DNA of 64,000 nucleotides from Ruditapes philippinarum (lineage: Eukaryota): contig NW_026857880.1 in the NCBI RefSeq assembly GCF_026571515.1, forward strand, positions 496,001-560,000, given 5' to 3'. The notes beneath the pieces are model-generated. The model was given only the letters and a program-made list of their open reading frames with translations, did no database searches and was not told where the DNA came from. How positions within the stretch are numbered: position 1 is the stretch's first letter; each line of letters begins with the position of its first letter. The position numbers and the translations under genes were made by a program. Below, piece after piece: positions 27,201-40,000 of the stretch.

Positions 27201-28853
27201 AAATGAAATATATTTACTTTCATTGATGTATTATACATATCTATCATTTCACCAAGTGTATGTCGTGTATGGAAGATATTACATCTTTGGCTTTTGTCAT
27301 TCCTGATGGCGGTGTAATTCTGTTAAAAGAATTCAGAAAGTAAACACATGTTTTCATGAAAATCGTATAATTATATCATCCGATATAATATATTGTTTAT
27401 AGTGGTGTTACAGTGTTTCAGTATTGTGGATAATACCTATTTTACAAGAGAATTGCCTTTTAATAGTGTTGGTATAAAAAAAGGCATACCTGTTATTATT
27501 TTTTTTAACAAAATTCGAAAATAAATTTGATATTTCTAATGTACTGTATTATATTTTGGAACGTTTTTTTTCTTTCAGTTTGCCCTTAACGGTCCTGGGT
27601 TCAAATACCGCGAAAGATTTTGGTTTCTTTATTGTTAGGAAACTATCCAGCAAGCTTACTGTGGTTCGGAATAAAGCACCTGATGTCATCCTTCACCAGT
27701 TAAAAGGTCGACCTTATGACCTTTACAGTGTTTCTGTAAATTAAAACCCAACAACACAAACATATTCTTCCATTGCATAATGGTGGGCAATGGTATATAT
27801 TACAAAATAATAATTAAATTATCCTTAACCAAACCATTAGTAAAACTCACTCGATTAGAGCAATAGTGAATGTAAAGACAAGTATGTAAAAGCGTTCGTG
27901 AATATAATTAAATTGACTGATTTTACGTATTATTTTGAAAAACATACCGAGTGAAAGTCATGCAAATTGATGGTTGACATAATTATATCTGACAGAGAAT
28001 TTATTCTTATCAGCGCATATTGTTCTTGTTTGTCAAACACAGCGTCTTCAACAGCAATCACTTCTCCTCCATAATGAGACTCGAAGCTGTGAAACTGAAG
28101 ATAAGATAAGTATTGAAATGCAAAAGCAAATTTTGACAAGGAGCAAACCCTAACAAGAGGTATAAACGGTGTAAATTGCAGATTCGGTTTGATGAAGTCT
28201 GTTCATAAGATGTACTCAAATAAAACATCAAGGTTGGTGATAAGGTGCAGCCTTGTTTGAGCATAGTGATATCATCGAACCGAATGAATCAGCTACTCAT
28301 TTCTGAGTCACTAGCTTAAAGGTCGTGATAGATAAATGTATAACAGAAGATATACTCGTATAGGTTTAATTCATTCTCTATTATATTGTCATGTTTGAAT
28401 AGTGCCTTGTCTAAATAGTGCTTAAGACAATGTTTTTTAGAAAAAATAGGCCTTACCTCTGGGAATGCTCTTGCTGTCACCGTGAGAATGGCAAAAAGAA
28501 ATACTTTCGTAGAGTCCTGAAATTTATTTGAAGCCAATTTTAAGTATAACAAAATAATTAGGTAACCGTCTATAGCCAGCAATTGAAAGAATTGAAAAGA
28601 AAGATTAATAAGATTAATGATTAAAAAAATAACAACACTTATTTATGTAGTTTTTATGACAAAATGATATTTAGACCTTAAAATTAAATGTGTACCCTTA
28701 TGGCATGTATAAATCTATGTCAGTTACTTAATTTATCGGTTTTAAGCACTTTCAAATACAATTATCTTATAGTTTGTTTGAAAACTGTTTGAAATATGAT
28801 TAAATTTAGCAATAAACATTCAATGAACAAATCAAATATGCACAGCTTACCAT
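24287..28853 (-). CDS. Secreted BRICHOS-domain precursor, divergent paralog 3 (191 aa, 6 exons)
   Basis: Exons 28853-28851, 28516-28457 (DSTKVFLFAILTVTARAFPE), 28094-27948 (...TINLHDFHS), 27319-27218 (NYTAIRNDKSQRCNIF...), 24957-24771 (...TFTC...FGEKIAEFCKDD...KRKR), 24363-24287. Same intron phases and the same 102-nt and 187-nt exons as paralogs 1 and 2. Peptide SIRTMSVAAMNCGFCIGNCNSRPTDLSQPSDDRN*. Confidence 0.86.
24970..25275. repeat. 23-bp minisatellite ACATTACATTTACTCGCATATGT
   Basis: About 13 copies, degenerate at the edges, next to the exon-5 acceptor of BRICHOS paralog 3. Confidence 0.92.
26116..26199 (+). pseudogene. tRNA-Pro-like pseudogene or SINE head (second copy ~26590-26670)
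   Basis: A-box TGGTTCAGTGG, CTCGC-TTAG(T/G)-..G(T/C)GAG arm, B-box GTTCGAATCC and a T-run; acceptor and T stems are imperfect. Confidence 0.55.
26870..27120 (+). mobile_element. Degenerate tRNA-derived SINE (similar fragments near 27590, 42560 minus, 52800, 54837, 56200, 61600, 63700)
   Basis: TAGCTCAATAGG A-box, GGTTCGATCC B-box, AAAC-rich tail. Confidence 0.45.
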
Positions 28854-31800
28854 ATCTAATTTTAATATTCATGTATATGATTCCTCACTACATAAACAAT
28901 CCTCGGATAGATAAGGATCAATATAATGTAATATATGTGTGATTGCTTTAGCCTTGTACTTATATATATTTTTACAGACATCAAGTCACATGACTGGCCA
29001 GAACATAATAAACAATCTACTTGATGCACATCTGTATACGTCAAAGATGCAGTGTATCACATATGAAAAAAACAATGTTACTTTGCAACTACAAGATGCA
29101 AAACATACAAAACGAAGTAGTGTTCACTATGGTGTCTTATATGTGACACGGGCGACATTAGCGGATGCTCAATAAATATAACTTTCAGCCACTAGCTGAT
29201 AAGCCCGCCTAAATTCACCTGGCATCACCTCTCTGTAGTATCATTAGTAAATAGATTTAGAAACCAAACGGTTGTGTTGTTTAATCTCTCTACCCATGCT
29301 TGTCCAGTGCTTGTCCAGTAACTATATATGATATAGCAGACATAACATTAGTGAAACGGGGGGGGGGGGGGGGGGGGGTATAATTATGTCAAAATGCAGT
29401 ACTTTGCCCTCTGAACATGATTGTGACACTTTATATACACAAAAATTGTCAAGTAATTGCCGTGTGGTTTCGGAAATATTAGATTAAATGGAAATTTTAG
29501 AACGATTTACAGTATACAGTTATAAAGGTGCATAACTATGTCAAAATGCAATTTCCAATTGTGAAATTAAATTATGTCCGACGATATCGTATCGCCCGAC
29601 CCCAATACCCCCCCCCCCACCTTTCTCTTCACCCAGTTAAATAATTTTGGTGGGGTTGAAAAAATAAGGAAAGTTTTAATAATTCAAATTGACTTATTTT
29701 AATTGTTATACCTGACATTCACACTTTCGTGATATTTCAAAGCATGACTGTACAGAAATATATGTTTAACAATTAATACTATTTTTGCCTAGGTTAATTT
29801 TATAACAACGAGCTTTTTGCCAGAAACATGGCATTTTGCAGATCTTGGCATTTATTTTAAACATATTCCCATTGTCAATGTCTGGTCTTCCAATTCATAT
29901 TAATAAGATATATTTATAGGCCAATTAAGCGTACGATATACCAATCTTTTGCGATTTTTCAAAAGCATTCTATTTTGGATTTTCTGTTACAGTTTCCAAA
30001 ATGTTACCCATTGACCATAATAGCTGAGCGCGCCTGTTTTGCATTCCTTGTATTCTCGCAACTAGCAAAGTTATTATGGTTTAGTATTTTGTATCGAAAT
30101 CAAAGTCATTCTGTCCATTTCTTTACATTATGCCTTTGACACAAATAATTTTATCTTCAGCGCTATTTTCTTTTATAACTTACATGTTCTAAATCCACTA
30201 TTAATGACAACGTTATAAAACACGTGTTTGCCGGATTTTTTTTTTTATTTTGAGTTTTACTATATTCATTTCTGAGACTTAACGTGCCTTTAATTAAATA
30301 TATTAACTGATAAAATTTGCCATAGAAAATAAACAAAAACATGTTTCTGTTTAGATGCCTTTTAAACGATGACGGAAAAAAAACAAAAAACAAAAACAGG
30401 ATATCAGTATAAACGTTTGGTTCATATCAGGAAGAAAAAAATATGGACAAAGGCAGAATGCGGACAAAAGTATCATTGGCTAATTATAAACAAAAATAAC
30501 TTATCATTATTGAATCTATCTTTGCCATTATTAATATTATTAATATTGTTGTTGTTGTTGTTTTTGTTGTCGCCGTCGTCGTCCTCGTTGTTAATGTTGT
30601 TGTTGTTGTGGTGGTGGTGTTTCATGAATTATATCAAAAGTTTATGCTAATAACAACAAGAAGCGATTATATCGCTGTAAGTGTGCTTGTTATCAGACGT
30701 CTCAGGAGTTGTGGGTTCGATACATACACGCAACACGACCACGTGACTTATGTGAGAAATATTAGATCTTGTTAGTCCAGACGCATTTGAGATAAAATAT
30801 ATTTATTTAAGCTTTTTACGTTTAATTAGGTTTCAATTTAAACAATTAGATTTTATTGATACAGACGATAATACGTTGCAGAATCATAATCTCGATACTT
30901 TGATAAAGGAAAAAACGTAATTTACTAAAGAAAGCTTGTGTCTGATGTTATACAGTGGTAATTTAGAAAGAGGACAATAAAAACTCTTTATAGCAATCAT
31001 TGTAAAATTTGCAAAAATGTCAAGTTAAATAGATGTACGTGATAAAAAAGTCGATATCACAGTAACAAAATCAAAAACAAAAAAGACAAAATAAACAAGT
31101 CCTTGAAAACCACTACTTGATACTTGTGTGCTAATTGTTTTAAAACATAAACAGTAAACAAAATACTTCGCTTTTGTTGTTGTTTTGAATGAATTATAAA
31201 AAAGTGTTGCAAATGTATTTTACAAAAAATATTTCGGTACGTTTAAATTACTATTATTCAAGAGGCACTTATTTTAGTGGTTTACATGGATCACATATTC
31301 ATTGCTTACGTATCAGTGAATACAATGGTCAACTTTGCAGTACTGTTACATTGAAGCATATATTGTTGTTTAACCATTAACAGAATACGCCTGTCAGTAA
31401 AATTACACTTAACCATACTGACCAGTTCGAAAAATATAACCTTACTTCTGAGCGCCAAAATTACTTTTGAGCGCCAAAATTGGACGCTATCAAACACAAA
31501 CCCAGAAAGCTTTCTGCTACCTTGTACTTGTTCACCTTGACTATTGAAACCAATACAAGTCGGTGCTAGGGGGTGTGAGGGGAAGTGACGCCTGTCTATA
31601 CATCTCAATAACAGACTCAAATCAAGCCTAAAGTCTGCAATTCTTACCTATCCATACATGCGCTCACTCTTCCTGGAGAATCTTCCCATTTCAAAAATTT
31701 AATTTTTGATGCAAAAATTAACCTCAATTTGTCACAGATCTGATTTTGATTTTATGTATTGTTTTCAACAGGTCTGGTGAATGTAAAAATAACAAGAAAC

Positions 31801-32352
31801 ATTTCGTTAAGAAGATATTTATTGAAGCAGTTCACTCTGTTCACAATATTGTATTTTCATAATCCAAGGTAGACTTTCTTCAAACATAAAATCATGGGTG
31901 CAAAAAGGTGTAAACATGTATTTCCAATTACATGTACAAATAGTTAAACTTAAGTCGTTAATGTTAATTATGTAGCGCATTGCTTTATGCATACAGAAGT
32001 TTATGAAGCACAAAGTAAAATCTTAATCTATTTTATGTTAACATCACTTAAATTTTAAATTAAAGAAATGATCAAGATTTTCAACTAAGTGCAGGATTTA
32101 CACATAAGAGGACATTAATGTAACAGTTGCACATCTTCCCTAATTTGGCAGAAAGCCAAGAAAAAAATGTGAAATTGGAGATTTTTATTTTAAAATATAT
32201 TCTAGGCCATTATAACAAGTTTTGACAATAAAAAAATACTGACATGTATTATCACAGAATAATTGTAACTCACAACAAAAATATGTGATGTATAACAGCA
32301 TAACAGAATACTAACAATATGTTTTAAACGGGAATAAAAAACATAACAATGA

Positions 32353-33574
32353 AAAACAAGCAATTATCATAGTATTGCAAGCAATCCATAAGTCCCCTAC
32401 CGGTAAGAGCCCAAGCAATATTCTGAAGGGCCATTGGCCATTCACTTATGTTCCTATTTTAAGTAAATTTGTTGAAAAAGTTCTTTAAAAGTGATCACAG
32501 GAAACAGTTTTTATGTACAGATAGACGGACTAGAGGACACTCTAAAGTTATTTTTTAAACATCCCTGTTATCAAAATATAACATTTTTAAAATCCTATCA
32601 TGATTGAAGAAGTTGGAGTAAAAATTACCAATTTCTCAAAAAAAAAGTTCAAAAGGGGCATAATTCTGGAAATAGTCTTGCTAGAGTATTGAACACTCAC
32701 AAATGTTGAGTGATAATAAGAAACATTTATATGAAGTTTGAAGTAGATACATTCAGAAAAAGAAGTTATTAAAAAAAAAAAAACAATTTTTTTTCATGAA
32801 AATTTTAAGTTCAAGGGAGGTAATTCTGATAAATTTTGTGCTAGAGTTGTAAACCTTGTCATATATGATGTGGTTGATTACAAGCAACTTATATTTAAAG
32901 TTTGAAGAAAATACCTTAAGAAATAAAGAACTTATAGTGAAAAAACTTAATAACTAGAATCAGAAATCTTGAAATTCAGTCTATTTGTTGCCATAGCAAC
33001 CAGAATTTTCAACATAGGAAGATAAGAAAAGGATGTGCATAATTTCCATACTGCCATATACCCATATGTCAAGTTTCATAAACATATTTTCAGTACTTTT
33101 GTGTTATCACTGGATCCAGGTTATGTGTAAAATTTGCCATATTTTCAGTCTATTTATTGCCATAGCAACCAGAATTTTCAACATAGGAAGAAAAGAAAAA
33201 GACGTGCATAATCTCCATACTGCCATCTATCCATATATCAAGTTTCATAAAAATATTTTCAGTACTTTTTGCATTATTGCGGGATCCAGGTTATGTGTAA
33301 AATTTGCCATATTTTCAGTCTATTTGTTGCCATAGCAACCAGAATTTTCAACATAGGAAGAAATGAAAAAGACGTGCATAATCTCCATACTGCCATCTAT
33401 CCATATATCAAGTTTCATTAAAATATTTTCAGTACTTTTTGTGTTATCGCGGGATCCAGTTTTGTGGACGGACGGACTGACGGACGGACAGACGGACGGA
33501 CGGACTGACGGACGGACAGACGGACGGAGGGTAAACCTAAAGTCCCCTCCGGTAAACCGGTAGGGGACTAAAAA
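32353..33574 (+). mobile_element. HINE-like element with ~170-bp tandem repeats and a (GGAC)n microsatellite
   Basis: AACAAG head, inverted repeat AGTCCCCTACCGGT / ACCGGTAGGGGACT, about three 170-bp units at ~32975-33458, GGAC microsatellite at 33466-33530. Confidence 0.8.
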
Positions 33575-34022
33575 ATGTGTATTTTCATATCAAAGTTTTA
33601 TTTCAATGATGCAGCTGAACAGCCTTTAGCTTCAGAACACTAACTAAATTTTGAAAGCAGACAAAAGGTTGGGATGAAACAATGGTGATCTAATTATTTT
33701 TTCCAAATATCAAATGGTAAATATTATTGTTTAACTTTTTAGTCAGTAAATTTTATCTAATATATTTTGCAGAAGTGTGCTAACTTATCAGATGAAAATA
33801 TTGAAGTACGTTTCTTTAAACTTCCAAATTCCCTTGACATGTACTGTCAAAAGAAGTTGATTTTTTACCAAAGTAGCAAATACTAACAATACATTAGCCA
33901 TTCAGTACATTTTAAGTATATTGTGCATATGATTATGAAAGTCAAACTACCTAGTGACTTTATTATCAAGTTTCTGTACAGACTAATGGTATCTTCATTA
34001 AAAAATTCTACAGTGTGCATCA

Positions 34023-34090
34023 AAAAGACATAAGTCTAACTTGAAAAGACATAAGTCTAACTCGAAAAGACATAAGTCTAACTCGAAAAG
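34023..34090. repeat. 21-bp tandem repeat x3
   Basis: AAAAGACATAAGTCTAACT(T/C)G. Confidence 0.85.
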
Positions 34091-37011
34091 TGTATCAATT
34101 ACTTGATAAGAAAATCCGAAAAGTGTAGAATTTATTTCAAACTGGTTAGAAAATACTTTGAATATAGTATTCAAGCAGTCCTTGCTATGAATGATTAAGA
34201 CATAAGAAAGTGATATGTATAAAAATATATAAAAACAACTCATATCAGTCTATGAATATATAAAATATAATATTAACATATTGTTGGTGTAAAAACTTCA
34301 ACATTGATTATAAAAAAGCACAACCGTAAATGTAAAAACTGTTTGTCTACAAAATTAGAGTGCATTTTACAACACAAGGTGAAATACTGTTCATTATTTT
34401 GCAAAAACACTTATAACAACATATACGTACATCATTTGTTTATACAACGCCATTTATGCAATAAAATATCTTTATACAAATACTTATGTTAATTTCAATA
34501 TTCAAATAATTTTTTTTTATTAATCTTAAAGTTTCTTTAAATGTGTTTACTAATAAGAGCAGTCGACATAATTCTAAAAAAATAGATATATCTTAATTAA
34601 CTATCATGTACTTTTTAACGGATTTACTCAAATAAAAAAAACAGATTCAAATTCATAATCTTTCAAAACTATTTTTTCTTTTTGTGTAATTGCTCTTTAA
34701 AATACCTAAAACTTGCTTTAATAAGCCTTACAAATTGTATAACTGAATCAGTACACCAGTCCCTAAAAATGTATCCATTGGTCAATTTCAAATTCACATT
34801 TAAAATTATAACCAATCAAATGTTGTAAAATATGGCGGATTCATCAGTCTAAAAGAGCAACGTTTCAATTGGTCAACTTCAAAGTAACCTTTAAAATTAA
34901 CCAATCAAATGCTGTAAATTGTGACTGATTCACGAAATTGCCAATGTTACAATAATGAAGTATCATGTACAAACTACAACAATTTAACAATGATATATCA
35001 ATTCCTTCCATTCATTCCACACTGCAGCGTTTTGAGAAAAAATAAAAACAACAACAGATATTATAAACATTATATATAAACACAACAAAGACAAAACGTA
35101 TATAAAATAACAGTAACACATTTATGACTCAGTCATTGTAATAAACATTGCATGTAAAATTTTACTTCAAAACAAGGGAGACAACCAATTCTCTATCTAA
35201 ATATATATCATTATTAACCAATCTTATAAAATATAAAAAAAATACAAAAACACAAGATGCAAGTAATTCCTACACCAGTGCTTAGTTAACACACATGTGC
35301 AAAAATATATATAAAAATATAGAGAATAATTATACATTCGATAGTTTTGATTTTATAATCTTAATTTAGATTAATGCTGATGAACTATTGTTACTGCTTA
35401 CCCATTTTTGATTCTAAATCTAATACTGAGAAGCTTGCCCAATTTGAAAACACAGTCAGACATTGCTGCTGATTTATTTTTGATTCTATTTTTTTTATAG
35501 TCTTACCTGTTTTTCAAACTGAAATAAGCTGATACTGATGAACTACAATGTTTAACATTATCCATTTTTAAGTTTAACTTAATAAAACTAATAATGACTA
35601 AATTTCTCTGTCAATTATTTCCCAACCTTAGGCTTCAGGACTTAGGCTTATTGCTTTCAATGAATGCCGCCTTTCCTTGTAGATGTTGTTTATCACATCT
35701 TATTGAACCAATACTGATGAAATATCTCGTTTCAGTTATTGCTCTACATATGATATCTGTAACTTCATAACTATCTATTATCATATAATGCTTACCCATT
35801 TTGTTTATACACAATACTGCTTGGTAAATCTTTACAAATGAACAACACAAATACAAATTTTGCCCCCCATATATCACAGGAAACATTCATAATAGGCATA
35901 AGGAGCAGGACTCATGTTGGTATGAAATAAAACAAATGGCAACATAGAGAAACCCTATGTATGAAGATAACAGAATTGACACAAAGTTAAATGAGAAATT
36001 ATTGGTCATCAGAAAGTCCTTCCTCTAAAAATTTATTGCCAAAAAACTACATTGCAATAAGAAAGAAATCACAGAGGAAGAACTTATTTGATCGATTGTA
36101 ATGCTGTAAAAATGTTTTGTTTAATACTGACACGAAAAAGTTGTTTTGTGTCTGGTCTCTAAAAAGGGGGGTAGTAATAATCATTTTTTTTTTGTCCTAA
36201 ATTTTATGTATACAAATACATATTTTAAAGGAAAGTGGAAAGGAAAAACAAAAGTCTATGATCAACATTTAAAATGAGTACCATAGGGAAAACCAAAACA
36301 AGACTTTTTTGTGGCCTGACATGCATTGAATCATTGAATTGAACTTCAGCTATCAGAATCTGTATCGTTGCGATTAAAATTTGAATTTCCTTTTAAAAGC
36401 GAAAATGGCCAACCATCTACCCGAAATTAATTCTATTATGAATGTAATGTACGAAATGTAGATGGCAGCAAGCAAAAATATCTAAATACACTCTTTAATA
36501 CTAGCATCACTTTTGAGCTTATACAGATAAAAAAAATCTTTAATTCAAAAGTAAGTATTTATGTTTATTAATCTTTAACATTTGTAACTGCATAGAAGTT
36601 AAATGGATGAAAGACAGTGTTTAATGCTGTAAGTGAAATTTGAATGGCAGTTTTCATAAGAAGTAACCATTTTGATATACAGTTAAACAGACTAAATGAC
36701 TGTGTGCAGAATGATTGATTCTCTGGGTAAATGTTTCAAAATTTTGGAACCAGTCTGTAAATGGTACAATATGATTGGTAAATTCAAAATTTGAATATTC
36801 AAATTCAGCCAATCAGATGAGAGAGGTTTAGACTAGTCTCCATATCTGTGTATGAGTTTATTCTAAAACACTGGCTCTCCAGCTTTCATATGTTTTGTAT
36901 ATCAACTTATGTCCAGAGGTTTCAAGGAATGTCTATTTTCTTTAAACAGGTAAAACAACATCACAGTAAAACAAAGGAAATAACAAAATATATTGAGACA
37001 TTTTTCTATAT

Positions 37012-40000
37012 TTAGTCCACCTTATTTGCAATGACTTCTTCCAATTTGTTGATTTGATTGAAAGGGTTACATGGAGGTACAAGAGTGACCATCTTTGACA
37101 TCTTACCCCCGCGGTTGTATCCTTGGTTGGCAGAGTCCGTAACTGGCTTCTCTCTGTAACATTTAATGATGAAAATATAAAATTGTGCTCATGTTTATAT
37201 GACCATTATTGATATATGAAATACAAGTCTAAGAAAATAAATCAATATACTTTAAATTTTTTTTACTGAAAGTAACTTTAATCATAATAACTTATCCACA
37301 TGCATGTTTCACTTTTATATCAAATATACAGCTACAGTTGACTGTTTTTCATAAAATATTGTTTGCTCAAGGTGTTTATTCAAAATTTATGAAAATCATT
37401 TCAATCATAATTATACTTAAAGGGAGACAACTCAAATTTCTTTATCAAAATTTATATACAACCAAGTCTTCCTGTTCCCTACGAACTAACTGTTTTTTAA
37501 ACGTTTACCAAAATTGTTTTACTGTAACACGAAATTTAAATTATTCTTTCAAATTCTGAGCGTTTAGCTCAAAGAGAAAAAAGAATCAAAATGGTTTCAA
37601 CAACCAGAATGTTTTACCTGTAAACAAGCTAAACAACAACAACATAGAAAATGTTTGCCCTTAACCTTTCGAATTTGTGATATTGATGTGTTTTGCTTTG
37701 AATTTGAAACAGACTATCAAATGTGTAAGAGATTTCAATATCAAAATAAACTAGAATGTCAGAACAGTGTACTCATCTATTCTCTGTGCTTGAAAGTAAC
37801 ACCAGAGCCTTGATAATTAAAAAAAATAAGTTCAAAAAGGGTCATACTTCTATTAAAATCCAAGTTATGGAGTTATAGTCCCTGGCCAATGACCTCCTAT
37901 TTTTCTCTCAAATAAGTTTGTGAAGTTTCAATCCATTACCTTCAGCTTTGGAGATACCAACTTGCATGCAAAAACAACCTAGGTTGAAGCTGATGCCTCT
38001 ATGAGTATAACAGCTCTCCCTATTCTTCAAATAGTTGGGCTAAAAATAAAACTTTATGTACCGACCCTGTTGCTCTATACTGGTTGTAATGGCATATCAC
38101 TCACAGTTCCACAAATTTAATGTTAAACTTATGATACCTATAATGCCTAGACAAAAGAGCAAAATAGTTGCAAAAAAAATTGAAAAAGAAAAATGTCATA
38201 CTTATGAACAAGTTTAGTAGTGGCCTGACTGTTTGGAGGGTGAGGTGCACTGTGAGCGGGGGCATACTGTCCTCTAAATAGTGTACAACCCTGGTAGCCA
38301 GGTATGTTTGGTTTACTGAAATATAAAAAATATATACATTTATAAATATGATTATGTGATATCTGAACATGGTCTGAACAGTTTGCTTCTCTCACAGTGC
38401 TTATCCTTAAAATTTTCCTTACAAAATAACGGTTTTGTCTAGATTTAAACATCCATCCAAAATAGGAATTTGCGATATTCAGACTGAAATGAGCCGCACC
38501 ATGACAAAACCAACATAATGGGTTTGCGACCAGCATGGATCCAGATCAGCCTGAGCATCCGCGCGGTCTGATCAGGATCCATGCTGTTCGCTTACAAGCT
38601 CTATTACAAGTAGAGAAACTGATGGCGAACAGCATGGATCCTAATCAGAGTGAGCAGATGCACAGACTGGTCTGGATCCATACTGGTCGCAAACGCACTA
38701 TGTTGGTTTTGTCATGGCATGGCTCAAATTAATCTCATGACAAGTAACGAGCATTAGAAATGAAAATTTTCACATTGTTCAAAGACTAATTTCAATACAA
38801 GTAACAAGTAATTGAAATGAGAGATATGTCCATTCTGTATAGTTTTAGCAGTCTGGTTTTAGGCCTGAATCAATCTATAAATGTGGTGTTTCATCATTTT
38901 TTTGTGAATAAAATACAGTACATTTGTACTTATATAAATTTTTTCAAAATAAATCAGACTTTCATAAAAAATGGGACTTAAATACTGAAATCAAAAGGAA
39001 GAACTTACTGTGATGTTTCACTATAGCGTGGTATGTTGACCCGTTTCACTGTAAAAGGTTTGAACTCTATACTAGCATTGTCCAACTCCTCCAGGTTCAC
39101 TGCCCCCACACCACCTCCATACCCTGGTATATGTTGTTTCCTAGGTGGCTGACTACAGCTACATATACAAAAAGCGCATGTATAAAGTTATATTCCTAAC
39201 ATTTCTAGGTTTCTAAAATGATTTGCAATATTTAATGTTGACATACAAATGACGCTTTTAAGGCTCCGTACAATTCGGGTACTGCAAATGGTATTGCACG
39301 ACCGTGCATATATTTTGAAGTGATGTCATTTGCATCATGAAAACTATGTAAAGACAACTAAATGTAAGCTTTACACTATTAGCGCGCAAATGAAAAATGA
39401 CTCTTTTTCACTTTAAACAGTCATTATTTTCACTATGTGATAAATAAAATATTATATCCGTGCAGGTTTATTACTGAATTTATTGAACTTGTGAATATAA
39501 TAATATATTATGCTTGCCAGAGGCTCGCATAATATGATTTTATTCAAATTGTTTTTTGTGTGTGCAGAATTAATAAGTACAATCTTTGATTTTCAAGACA
39601 ACACTTTGTTAAGCTACTAAATCTCTATTCAAACCATCATTATAAAATTGAGTGTGATTTAAGACTAAAATCTTAATTTAAAAAGGGTCAATAATAAGCA
39701 TTACACATAATCAGAAATAAATGGATAATTATAATACTACAAATGCAGAATGCTTACTGTGTATGTAAGAAAAAAAAGGATTTGTAACTTACAAAACAAT
39801 AGGAGCAGTCTTATAGTAAGCATTTCTTTTCTGAAACCAGTCCCATGATCTACCTGCATTCTGTAAATATCATGAATTATGTTTACTATTTATAGAAAAA
39901 ATAAATGCATAATCAAATTTCATGCCATGTGTATGTTCAAAGATGTAATTGCTCTACACTTTGTCATCAGGCAAACAATAATCTCAAGTCATTCATGCAG

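Noticed and set aside
30369-30650. 93-aa ORF with a Leu/Ser-rich hydrophobic stretch
   Set aside because: Product of a (TTG/TCG/TGG)n microsatellite.
31449-31482. Duplicated GAGCGCCAAAATT (E2F-like) motif
   Set aside because: No nearby gene start could be supported; may be repeat-derived.
34775-34935. Twice-repeated ATTGG...CCAATCA block resembling a CCAAT promoter
   Set aside because: No associated exon or ORF; probably a short local duplication downstream of SPATA48.
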